DNA of 64,000 nucleotides, taken from positions 448,001 through 512,000 of the forward strand of contig CAWBWI010000006.1 in assembly GCA_963792585.1 (NCBI GenBank), given 5' to 3'. Of this stretch, positions 52,201 through 60,165 are shown in pieces. The position numbers and the translations under genes were made by a program. This DNA is from Candidatus Eiseniibacteriota bacterium (GTDB lineage: Bacteria; Eisenbacteria; RBG-16-71-46; CAIMUX01; VGJL01). The notes under the pieces were generated by a model. The model saw nothing but the letters and a program-made list of their open reading frames with translations. It did no database searches and was not told the origin of the DNA. Position 1 is the stretch's first letter. Each line of letters starts with the position of its first letter.

Positions 52201-53976
52201 CAGCTCATCCCAGAGCGACCAGTCGGCATGCTCGGACATCAAGGCGTCGCATGCGCGGATCGAATCGCGGAAGACGGGTTCGCTCGCGATGAGTTGCCGG
52301 CCCATCGCCCACCACTGCGGCCCCTGTCCACAGAAGGCGAATAGGATCGAGGGAGGGCGCGCCCCGCGCTTGCCCGCGAACATGCCCGGCCGCCGTTCAC
52401 CGGCGAGGAAGCCGTCCAGGCGGTCGCGGAGTTCCGCCCGGTCCCGCACCACGACCGACAGGCCATGGTCGTAGCGGTTCCTGCCAACGCTCGCCGCATA
52501 GCAGACATCGGCCAGGTCGCGGTCGCCGGATGCAACTTCCTCCCGGTAGGCACGGACGAGCTGCTCCAGCGCTTCGGGGGTGCGCGCGGTGATCGGCAGG
52601 AGCATTGCCGGAGCGTTCGGGCTCGCAGCGACGCCAGCCGGCCGCGGCGATGGATGATCCCGCAGGATCACATGGGCGTTCGCGCCGCCGAAGCCGAAGG
52701 AGTTCACCCCCGCCAGGAGCGGCGCCGTCTCGCGCGGCCACGATTCGACAACCGTGGGCACGCGCAGGCGAAGCTCATCGAAGTTGATGTGGGGATTGGG
52801 GCGCTTGAAATGCAGGTTGGGCGGGATCTTGCGGTGGTGGATCGCCAGGGCCGTCTTGATCAGTCCCGCGATTCCGGCGCCAGCCTCGAGATGCCCGATG
52901 GAGGTCTTCACGGATCCGATGACGCATGCGTTCTCCGCAGTGCGCCCGGTGGCAAGCGCCTTGCCGATCGCATTTGCCTCGATCGGATCGCCCACAGGCG
53001 TGCCGGTCCCGTGCGCCTCGACATACTGGATATCGCACGGCTCGATCCCCGCCTGGCGGCACACCTCGCGCAGCAATGTCTCCTGCTGCCCTGGATCCGG
53101 CATCGTGATGCCCGGCGTGCGGCCGTCCTGGTTGATCGCGGAGCCTAGAATGAGCGCGTAGATCCGATCCCCGTCCGCCACGGCCCTCGACAGCGGCTTC
53201 AGAAGGATCATGCCGGCCCCCTCGCCCCGCACGAAGCCGTCGGCGTCCGCGTCGAACGCCCTGCACACACCCTGCCGCGAGAGCATCGTCGCCGCGCTGA
53301 AGGCGACATAGGTGCCCGGGGTGATGATGAGGTTCACGCCTCCCGCGAGCGCGAGGCCGCTCTCCCGCTGCCAGATGCTGCGGCACGCAAGGTGGACGGC
53401 CACGAGCGAGGAGGAGCAGGCGGTGTCCACCGAAATGCTCGGCCCCTTGAAGTCGAAGCAGTAGGAGATCCGATTGGCCGCGATGCTGAAGGCGCCCCCC
53501 GTCGCGGTGTGGGCGTCGACGCTGCGCATATCGTGGATCGTCGACTGGATATCCGCATAGTCGGAGGTCGAGATCCCGATGAAAACGCCCGTATTCGATC
53601 CGGCCAGCCGTTGGCTGGCGTGACCGCCGTCCTCCATCGCCTCCCACGCCACTTCGAGCAGCAGCCGCTGCTGGGGATCGATGTACGGCGCCTCGCGGGG
53701 AGCGATTCCGAAGCACTCGGGCTCGAACTGGTCGATCTGGCCCAGGAAGCCGCCACGCCGCGTATAGCTCTTCCCGGGCACCCCGGAGCGCGAATCGAAG
53801 AACCGGTCCGACGCCCACCGGTCTGCCGGGATCTCGCGGATGGCGTCGACGCCCCCGATCAGATTGCTCCAGAGAGCGTCCGGGCTCTCCGCATCGCCGG
53901 GAAAACGGCAGCCGATGCCGACGATCGCGATCGGCTCCCCAGCCGGGTGGTCGTTTCCAGTGGTGTCCGTGGTCAT
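46288..53976 (-). CDS. Single-module highly reducing type I polyketide synthase (KS-AT-DH-cMT-ER-KR-ACP)
   Basis: KS DTACSSS/HGTGT/KTSIGH; AT GHSVG and YAFHS; DH HRVEKHTVFPG and HPAMLD; MT LEVGAGTGG; ER LIHSGAGGVG; KR ITGGFGGFG, IDD, YVAAN; ACP GFDSLMAVEL; no TE. Confidence 0.95.
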   Translation of the reverse strand: MTTDTTGNDHPAGEPIAIVGIGCRFPGDAESPDALWSNLIGGVDAIREIPADRWASDRFFDSRSGVPGKSYTRRGGFLGQIDQFEPECFGIAPREAPYIDPQQRLLLEVAWEAMEDGGHASQRLAGSNTGVFIGISTSDYADIQSTIHDMRSVDAHTATGGAFSIAANRISYCFDFKGPSISVDTACSSSLVAVHLACRSIWQRESGLALAGGVNLIITPGTYVAFSAATMLSRQGVCRAFDADADGFVRGEGAGMILLKPLSRAVADGDRIYALILGSAINQDGRTPGITMPDPGQQETLLREVCRQAGIEPCDIQYVEAHGTGTPVGDPIEANAIGKALATGRTAENACVIGSVKTSIGHLEAGAGIAGLIKTALAIHHRKIPPNLHFKRPNPHINFDELRLRVPTVVESWPRETAPLLAGVNSFGFGGANAHVILRDHPSPRPAGVAASPNAPAMLLPITARTPEALEQLVRAYREEVASGDRDLADVCYAASVGRNRYDHGLSVVVRDRAELRDRLDGFLAGERRPGMFAGKRGARPPSILFAFCGQGPQWWAMGRQLIASEPVFRDSIRACDALMSEHADWSLWDELTADESASRMQRTAIAQPALFAIQVALAELWKSWGVTPSAVIGHSVGEIAAAHVAGILPLSEAARVVFHRGRCMDLVSSRGKMLAAALSVVEAEEVIGGRTGSVSVAAANSPRSVTLSGNPEVLETIAETLVERNVWHRFLKVEYAFHSPLMDAVREDLLASLGELQLHGARIPMLSTVTGAEIDGARLTGDYWWRGLRHRVFFAEAMDEAIRRGFDTFVEIGPHPVLSGYMAECLHARQRKADLLPSLRREEDERSVILGSLGALNILGHRVNWNALWPEARRPVRLPAYPWRRERYWHEVPEIADPRLNPEVHPLLTRDLRAANPTWQTPLDTRVLAYLADHRVEKHTVFPGAGFVEMAAAASRRITGQDAAQVEEVQFLRALFLSEGGRETAVQIRIDQEDGSFDIQSGVPGSAGWTVHCKGSVTTDRIPAPAIEEDLEAIRARLTEKLDAATCYARYAEIGLHYGPAFQGVREIFRRDGEALGDVRLRDGLDVAGYHFHPAMLDACFQVLFGAVPQATLTERRSLFLPVYIRRVTFWATPGPQVFCHARIRQLGASILEGDLDLLDGAGRLAARIEGFRCQALDRSRSSEADNPMSWIYEVRWENKVHPESLAATRPADFIPSVRELAAFAREAATDLGTRLELAERAAAVDADMNRIAHAFIVRFLRGAGVGLKLGDLLREDDLIDRLHPAMHHQRLLHRLLIHLKERGRLHEVAAGEWRVIDEPPIEDPESLWRDAWGKYPGYSMDLNLLGRCGRRIGEVIAGEVNPLQILFPDGPTTTLATFYQSAPIFMIGNRMVQSVLRRVQEALPEGRILRVLEVGAGTGGLTAELLPMLAPHRVSYAFTDVSPLFLAKAEQRFGAYPFVRFGSFDLDRDPEGQEFALHSFDLIVASDVLHASADIRKSVERLRRMLGPEGLLLLLEGERRNPWVDVVFGLTEGWWHFTDVDLRPDHPLLDRVQWQSVLTSEGFDSVEALPYDPSEPTSPQIVVLARNSREVAVEDAPFPPAEMAAASIVDPPATTVAAERPPLWLLFADQGVVASGLRDLLEARGDRCVTVVAGTEFAKLGKCTFSVAPRRPEEMDRLLGTLDPAHDTIEGMIHLWSLDAPNPDGDSAGPLLDGEALGCHSVLHLLQSLERTGRLAGGPRLVLVTRGAQPTDEGRGSISVSQSPLLGFGRVLLNEHPDVRTKLIDLDRVGSDDEIQRLFDELITEDPEEEVALRRESRLVPRAGRFRGERVRPASLGIDREGGSGFRLMASTTGAMDSLAWRETPRRSPGAGEVEIRVAAAGLNFRDVLKALALYPAEADDYLLLGDECAGRVVAVGPGVTGVSLGDEVVAMAPAAFASTVIAPVTAVLAKPGSLTFEEAATIPVTFLTAYYALHEIARLREGESVLIHSGAGGVGMAAIQIAKCAGAKVFATAGSPEKRDILKLMGVDHVMDSRTLSFADEVLAFTGGRGVDIVLNSLAGRAIQKGLSCMAPFGRFLELGKRDIYQNSRIGLWAFRKNLSLHAIDLGRVAKEDPALLRRMFERIMERFAKADYHALPHTIFEASRAVDAFRHVAQGRHIGKLVLSLDDPDLLVERVLDGAIAFRSDAGYMITGGFGGFGLVIARWIADHGGRNLVLTGRSGAASEEARAAIADLERSGVRVLALKSDVTDAAQLHATMEEVRRTMPPLRGVFHTAMVIDDGILQHLNGERFARVLAPKVSGTWNLHRATVDDPLDHFVLFSSVGTWVGTPGQANYVAANAFLDAFAYHRRFLGLPVLTVDWGRLDAVGYVSRHAQVSEILTRRGFVGFSPEQAMVGLDTMLRCRHAQMGYFRLDWSASAQVLTKMRVARRVAAMFGELDANRGAEEEGERVRSALRQAKPGERGEILREYIRGEVARVLGASAAKLDPDRPLNQMGFDSLMAVELKNHVDTDLALSLPTGALMEAPTINTLAAAVLDLFEGRTPAARTPSPSQEVPVSR

Positions 53977-54154
53977 GCGTGCGCCCCCATCCCAGCTAGC
54001 CCCTGGTCGCTGATCGAGACATGGGGAATCTTATTCCGAGGTCGGGACGGGGGCAAGAACGGGCCGCGGACGCGCGCGCGCGTTCGGCATTCCCGCAGCA
54101 AGCCGCAAGCGCCCCCCTGACCACGCGACGGGATTCCTTGTAGACTGGACGCAC

Positions 54155-54859
54155 ATGGCACTCGTCGAACTCCAGAAGGTCGAGAAGATCTACCAGCTTG
54201 GCGACAGCAGGATCCACGCATTGAGGGGCATCGACCTCGCGATCGGGGAGGCGGAGTTCGTGGCCGTGTGGGGACCTTCGGGCTCGGGCAAGTCGACCCT
54301 CTGCAATCTCGTGGGCACGCTCGACGCTCCAACCAACGGACGGGTTCTCCTAGGCGGCCGGGATGTCAGCGAGCTGACCGACGACAGCAGGGCCGACTTC
54401 CGCAGCAGGACCCTTGGCTTCATCTTCCAGAACTTCAACCTGATCCCGGTCCTTTCCGCGCTCGAGAACGTGATGCTCCCCCTCCAGATCTCCGGAGCCC
54501 CGGGGGCCGAGGCCGAGGAAAAGGCCGCCAGGCACCTCATCCAGCTCGGACTGGGCGCTCACCTCTCCCACCGACCGGACAAGCTGTCGGGTGGACAGCA
54601 ACAGCGGGTGGCGATCGCGCGCGCTCTGATCTCCGATCCCGCACTGGTCGTGGCCGACGAGCCGACCGCGAATCTCGACTCCGGGACGGCGGTGGAGATC
54701 GTCGACATGCTACGCACGATCAATCGAGAGAACGGGACGACCTTCCTCATCTCGACCCACGACCAGCGGCTCCTCGGCCGCGTGGACCGCCGAATCCTGC
54801 TGCGCGACGGTGCCATCGTCGAGGACACCGGCCAACCCACCGAAGCGGAGACGCCGTGA
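54155..54859 (+). CDS. LolD/MacB-type ABC transporter ATP-binding protein
   Basis: GPSGSGKST, FIFQNFNL, LSGGQQQRVAIARAL, ADEPTANLD, STHD. Confidence 0.93.
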   Translation: MALVELQKVEKIYQLGDSRIHALRGIDLAIGEAEFVAVWGPSGSGKSTLCNLVGTLDAPTNGRVLLGGRDVSELTDDSRADFRSRTLGFIFQNFNLIPVLSALENVMLPLQISGAPGAEAEEKAARHLIQLGLGAHLSHRPDKLSGGQQQRVAIARALISDPALVVADEPTANLDSGTAVEIVDMLRTINRENGTTFLISTHDQRLLGRVDRRILLRDGAIVEDTGQPTEAETP

Positions 54860-54926
54860 ACGGCTCTGCGAACAGCCCCGTGATCGCCTCCAGAACCGGC
54901 TCCGTGATCGACCCCGGACGCGCCCG

Positions 54927-56177
54927 ATGAGAATGCTGGCCAAGATCGCGGTACGAAATCTGCACAAGAATCGACGCCGCTCCTTTTATGCCATCCTCGC
55001 GATCACCCTCGGGTTTGCGGCGGTCAACGTATTCGGCGGCTTCACCGGCTACATCAACGCGAGCCTCCGCGACGGCTTCATCTACAGCATGGGGTACGGG
55101 CATATCACGGTCTTCCGCGAGGGGTTCGTCGATCAGGGGCTCCTCGATCCCGGCAAGTACCTGCTCACCGAATCCCAGGCCGACAGCGTGACGCGCATCC
55201 TCCGGGAGCAGCCCGAGGTCATCCTCGTCACCCCCCAGCTCTTCGTATCCGGCATCCTCAGCAACGGCCAGGTGTCGACGATCTTCATCGCCAACGGTCG
55301 CATTCCCTCCGATCTGGCGACGATCGCTTCGCGCGCGCAGGGCGCGATGGGCCTCTTGACGGCTTACGAAGGACGCCCTCTGCGGGACGAGGTCGACTAT
55401 GGAATCGGCGCGAGCACGGGCCTCGCGAAGATCCTCGACCTCGATGTCGGGGGCCGTGCCGTCGCCATTGCGACCACTGTGGAGGGACAGATCAACGCCC
55501 TCGACGCCGAGGTCTATCAGACGTTCGAGAGCCCGATCGAGCTCCTGAACGACAAGCTGATGGTCGTCCCCCTGGAATTCGCCAAGAGCCTCTACGACAC
55601 GCGCTCGGTCGATCGCCTGACGGTCATGTTGCGCGAGACCCGTCAGACAGTCCCCGTCGAGACGCGACTGGCGCGCATCTTTGCCGATCGAGGCATGCGG
55701 CTGGAGATGCGGACCTGGGACGATCTCTCCGTGCTCTACCGAAAGGTGCGGAAGATGTTCGACATCATCTTCCTCTTCCTGTTCGTGATCGTGCTCGTGA
55801 TCTCGGTCATGAGCGTGGTCAATACGGTCAACATGGCGGTGATGGAACGGATCCGCGAAATCGGGACCCTGCGGGCGCTCGGGATGCGCCGCGCGCGGAT
55901 CGTCTGGCTTTTCGCGGTGGAGAGCGGGATCCTCGGGGTGATCGGATCCGTTCTGGGCGCGCTCCTCACCTTCGCGTGCTGGTTCGGGGTCTCGGTGGCG
56001 AAGCCGACCTGGATCCCGCCGATGATCACCCAGCGACTTCCGATCGAGATCCAGATCGTGCCCGCGTACATGCTGATTGCGTTCGGGTTTCTGCTCGTTC
56101 TCTCGGTGGTTGCCGCCTGCGTGCCGGCACGCCGGGCCGTGCGGGAGGGGATTGTGGATTCTCTTGGCCATGTCTGA
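54927..56177 (+). CDS. FtsX/LolC-type ABC permease
   Basis: IAVRNL.KNRRRS, large periplasmic domain, ERIREIGTLRALGM, PARRA. Confidence 0.9.
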   Translation: MRMLAKIAVRNLHKNRRRSFYAILAITLGFAAVNVFGGFTGYINASLRDGFIYSMGYGHITVFREGFVDQGLLDPGKYLLTESQADSVTRILREQPEVILVTPQLFVSGILSNGQVSTIFIANGRIPSDLATIASRAQGAMGLLTAYEGRPLRDEVDYGIGASTGLAKILDLDVGGRAVAIATTVEGQINALDAEVYQTFESPIELLNDKLMVVPLEFAKSLYDTRSVDRLTVMLRETRQTVPVETRLARIFADRGMRLEMRTWDDLSVLYRKVRKMFDIIFLFLFVIVLVISVMSVVNTVNMAVMERIREIGTLRALGMRRARIVWLFAVESGILGVIGSVLGALLTFACWFGVSVAKPTWIPPMITQRLPIEIQIVPAYMLIAFGFLLVLSVVAACVPARRAVREGIVDSLGHV

Positions 56178-56982
56178 TCCTCGCTGCAAGACGCGACTCC
56201 GGGACGTCCTCCCCTCACTGGCGCGGCGTCGCACCGCGCGCGTCGCGATCGCGATCGCCGCCCTCGCCTGCCTCGCAATCCCGGCGCGTCCGTGCGCGGC
56301 GGCGGGCGCCGTCGATCCGATCTCGATCCTCCGCCAGGCAGATCGCGCGCGCGGCAACGTGAAAGGTGTGACCTGGCTGGTTGAAGTCGAGTCGCGCGAG
56401 GCGGATCGCGTAAACCGCCTCACCGTGGAGGTGAAGTCGCGCCGTTACGACTTCGTCGCCGAAGAACTCGCGCCACCAAAGTACAAGGGTCAGAAGCTCC
56501 TCATGGTCTCGGGCAACATGTGGTTCGCGAAGCCGGGTTTGAGCAAGCCGATCCCGATCTCCCGCCGGCAGCGGCTGATGGGCGAGGCGGCGCACGGCGA
56601 CATCGCCGCCACGAACTATGCGGACAAGTACGACGCCGCCATCGTCGCCGAAGAGCTCGTGGCCGGCGAGGCCTGCCATGTCTTCGATCTCAAGGCGAGG
56701 GACAAGAAGCCGACCTACGATCGGATCCGCTACTGGGTCTCCAAGGAACGGGAGGTCGGCATTCGAGCCGAGTACTTCACCGTCTCAGGGAAGCTCATCA
56801 AGTTCGCCGTGATGGAGTATGCGCGCATCGCGATGCCGGATGGACGGACCCGTCCCTTCATGTCGAAGATCATCATCACCGATGCCCTGGCTTCGACGAA
56901 CGTAACGACCCTTGCTTACCGGAACCCTCGATTCGGCGATCTCCCCGACGAGGTCTTCAACGTGAACCAGTTCGGTCGATGA
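56170..56982 (+). CDS. LolA-like 'outer membrane lipoprotein-sorting' family periplasmic protein
   Basis: Signal peptide, KGQKLLM...NMWF.KP, PIS.RQRLMG, DIAATNY, YDRI.YWV; overlaps the permease stop. Confidence 0.8.
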   Translation: MSDPRCKTRLRDVLPSLARRRTARVAIAIAALACLAIPARPCAAAGAVDPISILRQADRARGNVKGVTWLVEVESREADRVNRLTVEVKSRRYDFVAEELAPPKYKGQKLLMVSGNMWFAKPGLSKPIPISRRQRLMGEAAHGDIAATNYADKYDAAIVAEELVAGEACHVFDLKARDKKPTYDRIRYWVSKEREVGIRAEYFTVSGKLIKFAVMEYARIAMPDGRTRPFMSKIIITDALASTNVTTLAYRNPRFGDLPDEVFNVNQFGR

Positions 56983-58160
56983 GGCGCGCCGCCGGGATTG
57001 CGCTGCTCCTGGCTTGCATCCTCTCAGCCGCCCCGCGCGGCGCTCGAGGGGAAGGTGAAGATTCCACATCCTTCGCGCGTACGGTCCGCGAGGGATTTCA
57101 CTACCGGGTCGAGACGCTCGCGTACGGCACCCTGCTCGACCTGAAGCGCTCCCGCTTCAATCCGAACAACCTCTTCGGCTACCCGCGCTATCAGGCCGAG
57201 ATCGACGTGCGCCCCGACCTCGACCTGGAACTGCGCCGCGTGCGGCTGAGCGTGAAACCGCGGGCGGAACTCCACCGCCGCTGGTTCGAGGAAGGTCGCA
57301 AGAAAGGGACCGCGCAGAACGCCGACTCGGCGTACATCCACGAGTGGCGGGCGCAGCTCCGTGTGGCAGACGTGCTCTTCGTCTCCTACGGACGCGAGAA
57401 CCTCCAGTGGGGGCCGTCGTATCTCATCTCCCCGTCGAACCCTTTCCATCGAGGCAAGGGGCAGAACAACCCCCGGATGGAAGAGCCAGGGCTCGAGTAT
57501 GCGCGCGCCACGTGGATCCCGGGGTATCGCTGGTCGTTCTCGTTGATCGCGAACACTGGCAAGGGGCGGCTCGCCACCAATCACTTATTCGAACGTCGCT
57601 ACGCGCTGAAGACTGATTACACAGGTCAAGGTAAGTACGCGTCGCTGATCCTATCGGCGACGGAGGACGAGCAGCGCCTGCGAGGCGGGGCCTTCGCCGG
57701 TTGGAGCGCCTCCGACGCGCTCCTGCTGCACGCCGAAGGCGATCTCGAGGGCGACATCGACCAGGGAAAGATCCTCGCAGGGGCCTCCTATACGTTCCCT
57801 CCCGGCTCCTTCGCCGTCATCGAGTACTTCCACGACGGAACCGGATGCCGGTATCAGAAGCTCTGGCGTTGCTACGATCCCTTCGAAGGCGGCGCGGACG
57901 CGTCCGATGTCCTTGTCCGCAGGGACTACTTCCTGGTCCAGTTCACGCACCCGGACCTGTACGACCGCATCCACGTGACCGCACGGTGGATCCACGACCT
58001 CAGCGGCGGCTCCGATCGTCTAATTGGAATCTACGAACACGACGTCGGCGACCGGTTTCAGATCTTCGCCGTCGGCGGGTTCGATCGCGGGCAGGAGTGG
58101 GACGAGTTCGGGAGCATCGCCTCCGGCGCCGCGATGGTCGGGGTGAGCTGGGTGTTCTAG
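56979..58160 (+). CDS. Putative outer-membrane beta-barrel protein
   Basis: ATGA overlap, signal peptide, 'SYGRENLQWG....SPSNPF', aromatic amphipathic strands, C-terminal VGVSWVF (BAM-type signal). Confidence 0.7.
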   Translation: MRRAAGIALLLACILSAAPRGARGEGEDSTSFARTVREGFHYRVETLAYGTLLDLKRSRFNPNNLFGYPRYQAEIDVRPDLDLELRRVRLSVKPRAELHRRWFEEGRKKGTAQNADSAYIHEWRAQLRVADVLFVSYGRENLQWGPSYLISPSNPFHRGKGQNNPRMEEPGLEYARATWIPGYRWSFSLIANTGKGRLATNHLFERRYALKTDYTGQGKYASLILSATEDEQRLRGGAFAGWSASDALLLHAEGDLEGDIDQGKILAGASYTFPPGSFAVIEYFHDGTGCRYQKLWRCYDPFEGGADASDVLVRRDYFLVQFTHPDLYDRIHVTARWIHDLSGGSDRLIGIYEHDVGDRFQIFAVGGFDRGQEWDEFGSIASGAAMVGVSWVF

Positions 58161-58817
58161 CAGATCGCCCCTGGAGGATGAGTGTGAAGGCGGCCGGGCA
58201 CCTCCCGGAGTCGGATGGTCTCCTGCCAACCAAGACAGACTGCGCGGGCGCGTTTTGTAGAAGCGGTATAGAAGAGAAGCACAAGCATATCTTCCATGCG
58301 CCTTGACTCTCAACACGGCAGATCTCGCGGATCTTGACAGATAACCTATAACATGGAAACGCGTTGCCCGCCTGTTTCCCCTTTACCGGCTGGAGGCCAA
58401 GTCGTTCTTCGTTGATCGCGGCATTCCGCAATTTGCAATCGCATCCTGTAAATTTGCCTTGATTACATCATCAGGAGCGCTTAATGTTCTCTGCAAGCAA
58501 ATGGCCTTTCTTGTGGCTCCCGAACAAAGTTCGACCGTTCCCATTTGCTTTCCCGGAGGTTCCAGTGGCCATCGTCTGCTTGATTCCGGTCGCGGTCGTG
58601 ATGACCGCGCAGGAGAGTCCGCGGCCCGCTTTCGACTCGCACACGCGACGTAGTAGAAATTCGTGATCCGACCGTTCTGCTCAGGCAAGAGAGTCATCGG
58701 GGGCAATCGGCTCCATAGGCTCTCCCGTACGTCTTCACCCGCAGCCAAGACCATACTCGTCGATCGCCGACGGGCTTGGGTAGGTTCACCGATGAAACCG
58801 AAATCTCAGGAGGAGCC

Positions 58818-60041
58818 ATGCAATATAGATTCTCGGCTTCGTTCGTAGCGATCGCCGCGATCACTCTCTCTTCACAGTCGCAAGCCGCACCCCTTGTCGA
58901 CAGACTCGCCGGCCCGCAGACCATGGATGTCATCTGCGGCGTTCCGGAGGTCAGCCGCGACGAGCAATTCGCCGTTCAGAAGGAAGTCGCGAATTGGATC
59001 TCCGAACATGGCGCTGTGGCGGCCGTGGGCGGCCACATCAATATCGCGTGGCACGTGATCTACAGCGGCACCACCGGAAACATCCCTCAGTCGCAGATTG
59101 ACGCGACGATCGTTGCATTGAACGAAGCCTATGCTGGGGTGCCCGGTGGCGCGAATACGGGGTACACCTTCTCCATCGCGAGCGTCGATCGCACCAATAA
59201 CTCCACCTGGTTCAACATGGACTATGGCACCAATGCGGAGAGCAAGGCCAAGCGCGCTCTCGCGCTCGACGTTCCTCATCGGCTGAATATCTATTCGTGC
59301 AAGCCCCCCTCGGGTAACAACTGGGGGACCTTCCCGTGGTTCTGGACCGAGCGCGATCCCAGGCACGGTATCGTCCTCCACTACGGGAATCTCCCGGGCG
59401 GGTACCTCGTTCCGTTCAACACCGGCGACGTCGCCGTCCACGAAGTTGGCCACTACTTGGGCCTCTATCACACATTTCAAGGAGGCTGTAACCCGCCGGG
59501 CGACGAGGTGAGCGACACACCGGATGAAGGCATCTCATTGGGGTCTTCCTGTCCGGAGGGCAGGGACAGCTGCCCTTCGGCGGGTCTCGACCCGATCCAC
59601 AACTACATGGACTATACCAACGATGCGTGTAGGACGGAGTTCACCACGGGTCAGGGCGATCGTATGGACAGCGTCATACCGGTCTACCGGCCGCGTCTGC
59701 TGAATGCGGCATTCCAGCCGGATGGGCCGACGGTCGCGCTCACCTCCAACGGTGGCCGTGGCGAGTTTGAGCGAGTGGGCGGCGTCGAGTTCCTGGGTGC
59801 GAGCCCAAATCCGTTCCGCGGCACGACCGAGATCCGTTTCGCGATCCCGGTTAGCATGAACGTGGAGCTCAACGTCTACGATGCGGGCGGCCGGCTCGTA
59901 TCCGTACTCGCCAACGGCCCGATGATCGCGGGGGATCACACGGTGACCTTCAGCGGTCAGGACCTTCCCTCCGGGATCTACTTTGCGGCGCTGCGGGTCG
60001 ATGGGCGGTTGATCACACGCTCGACGGTCCTCAGCCGGTAG
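58818..60041 (+). CDS. M43 (pappalysin/ulilysin-like) zinc metalloprotease with T9SS/FlgD-like C-terminal domain
   Basis: HEVGHYLGLYHTF, Met-turn NYMDY, PNPF...YDAGGRLV...LPSGIYF; AGGAGG SD. Confidence 0.9.
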   Translation: MQYRFSASFVAIAAITLSSQSQAAPLVDRLAGPQTMDVICGVPEVSRDEQFAVQKEVANWISEHGAVAAVGGHINIAWHVIYSGTTGNIPQSQIDATIVALNEAYAGVPGGANTGYTFSIASVDRTNNSTWFNMDYGTNAESKAKRALALDVPHRLNIYSCKPPSGNNWGTFPWFWTERDPRHGIVLHYGNLPGGYLVPFNTGDVAVHEVGHYLGLYHTFQGGCNPPGDEVSDTPDEGISLGSSCPEGRDSCPSAGLDPIHNYMDYTNDACRTEFTTGQGDRMDSVIPVYRPRLLNAAFQPDGPTVALTSNGGRGEFERVGGVEFLGASPNPFRGTTEIRFAIPVSMNVELNVYDAGGRLVSVLANGPMIAGDHTVTFSGQDLPSGIYFAALRVDGRLITRSTVLSR

Positions 60042-60165
60042 ATGGAACGAAGCTAGGTCCGGACGCTGATCCATGGGGGCGGTCTGCTCTCATTCCTGCG
60101 AGCCGACCGCCTCTGCGTGTTGCAGCCCGACCAATGGATAAAGAGTGCCGAGCGCCCCGATCGTC

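Noticed and set aside
58333..58352. TTGACA...TATAAC promoter
   Set aside because: Only 7 bp separate the two hexamers
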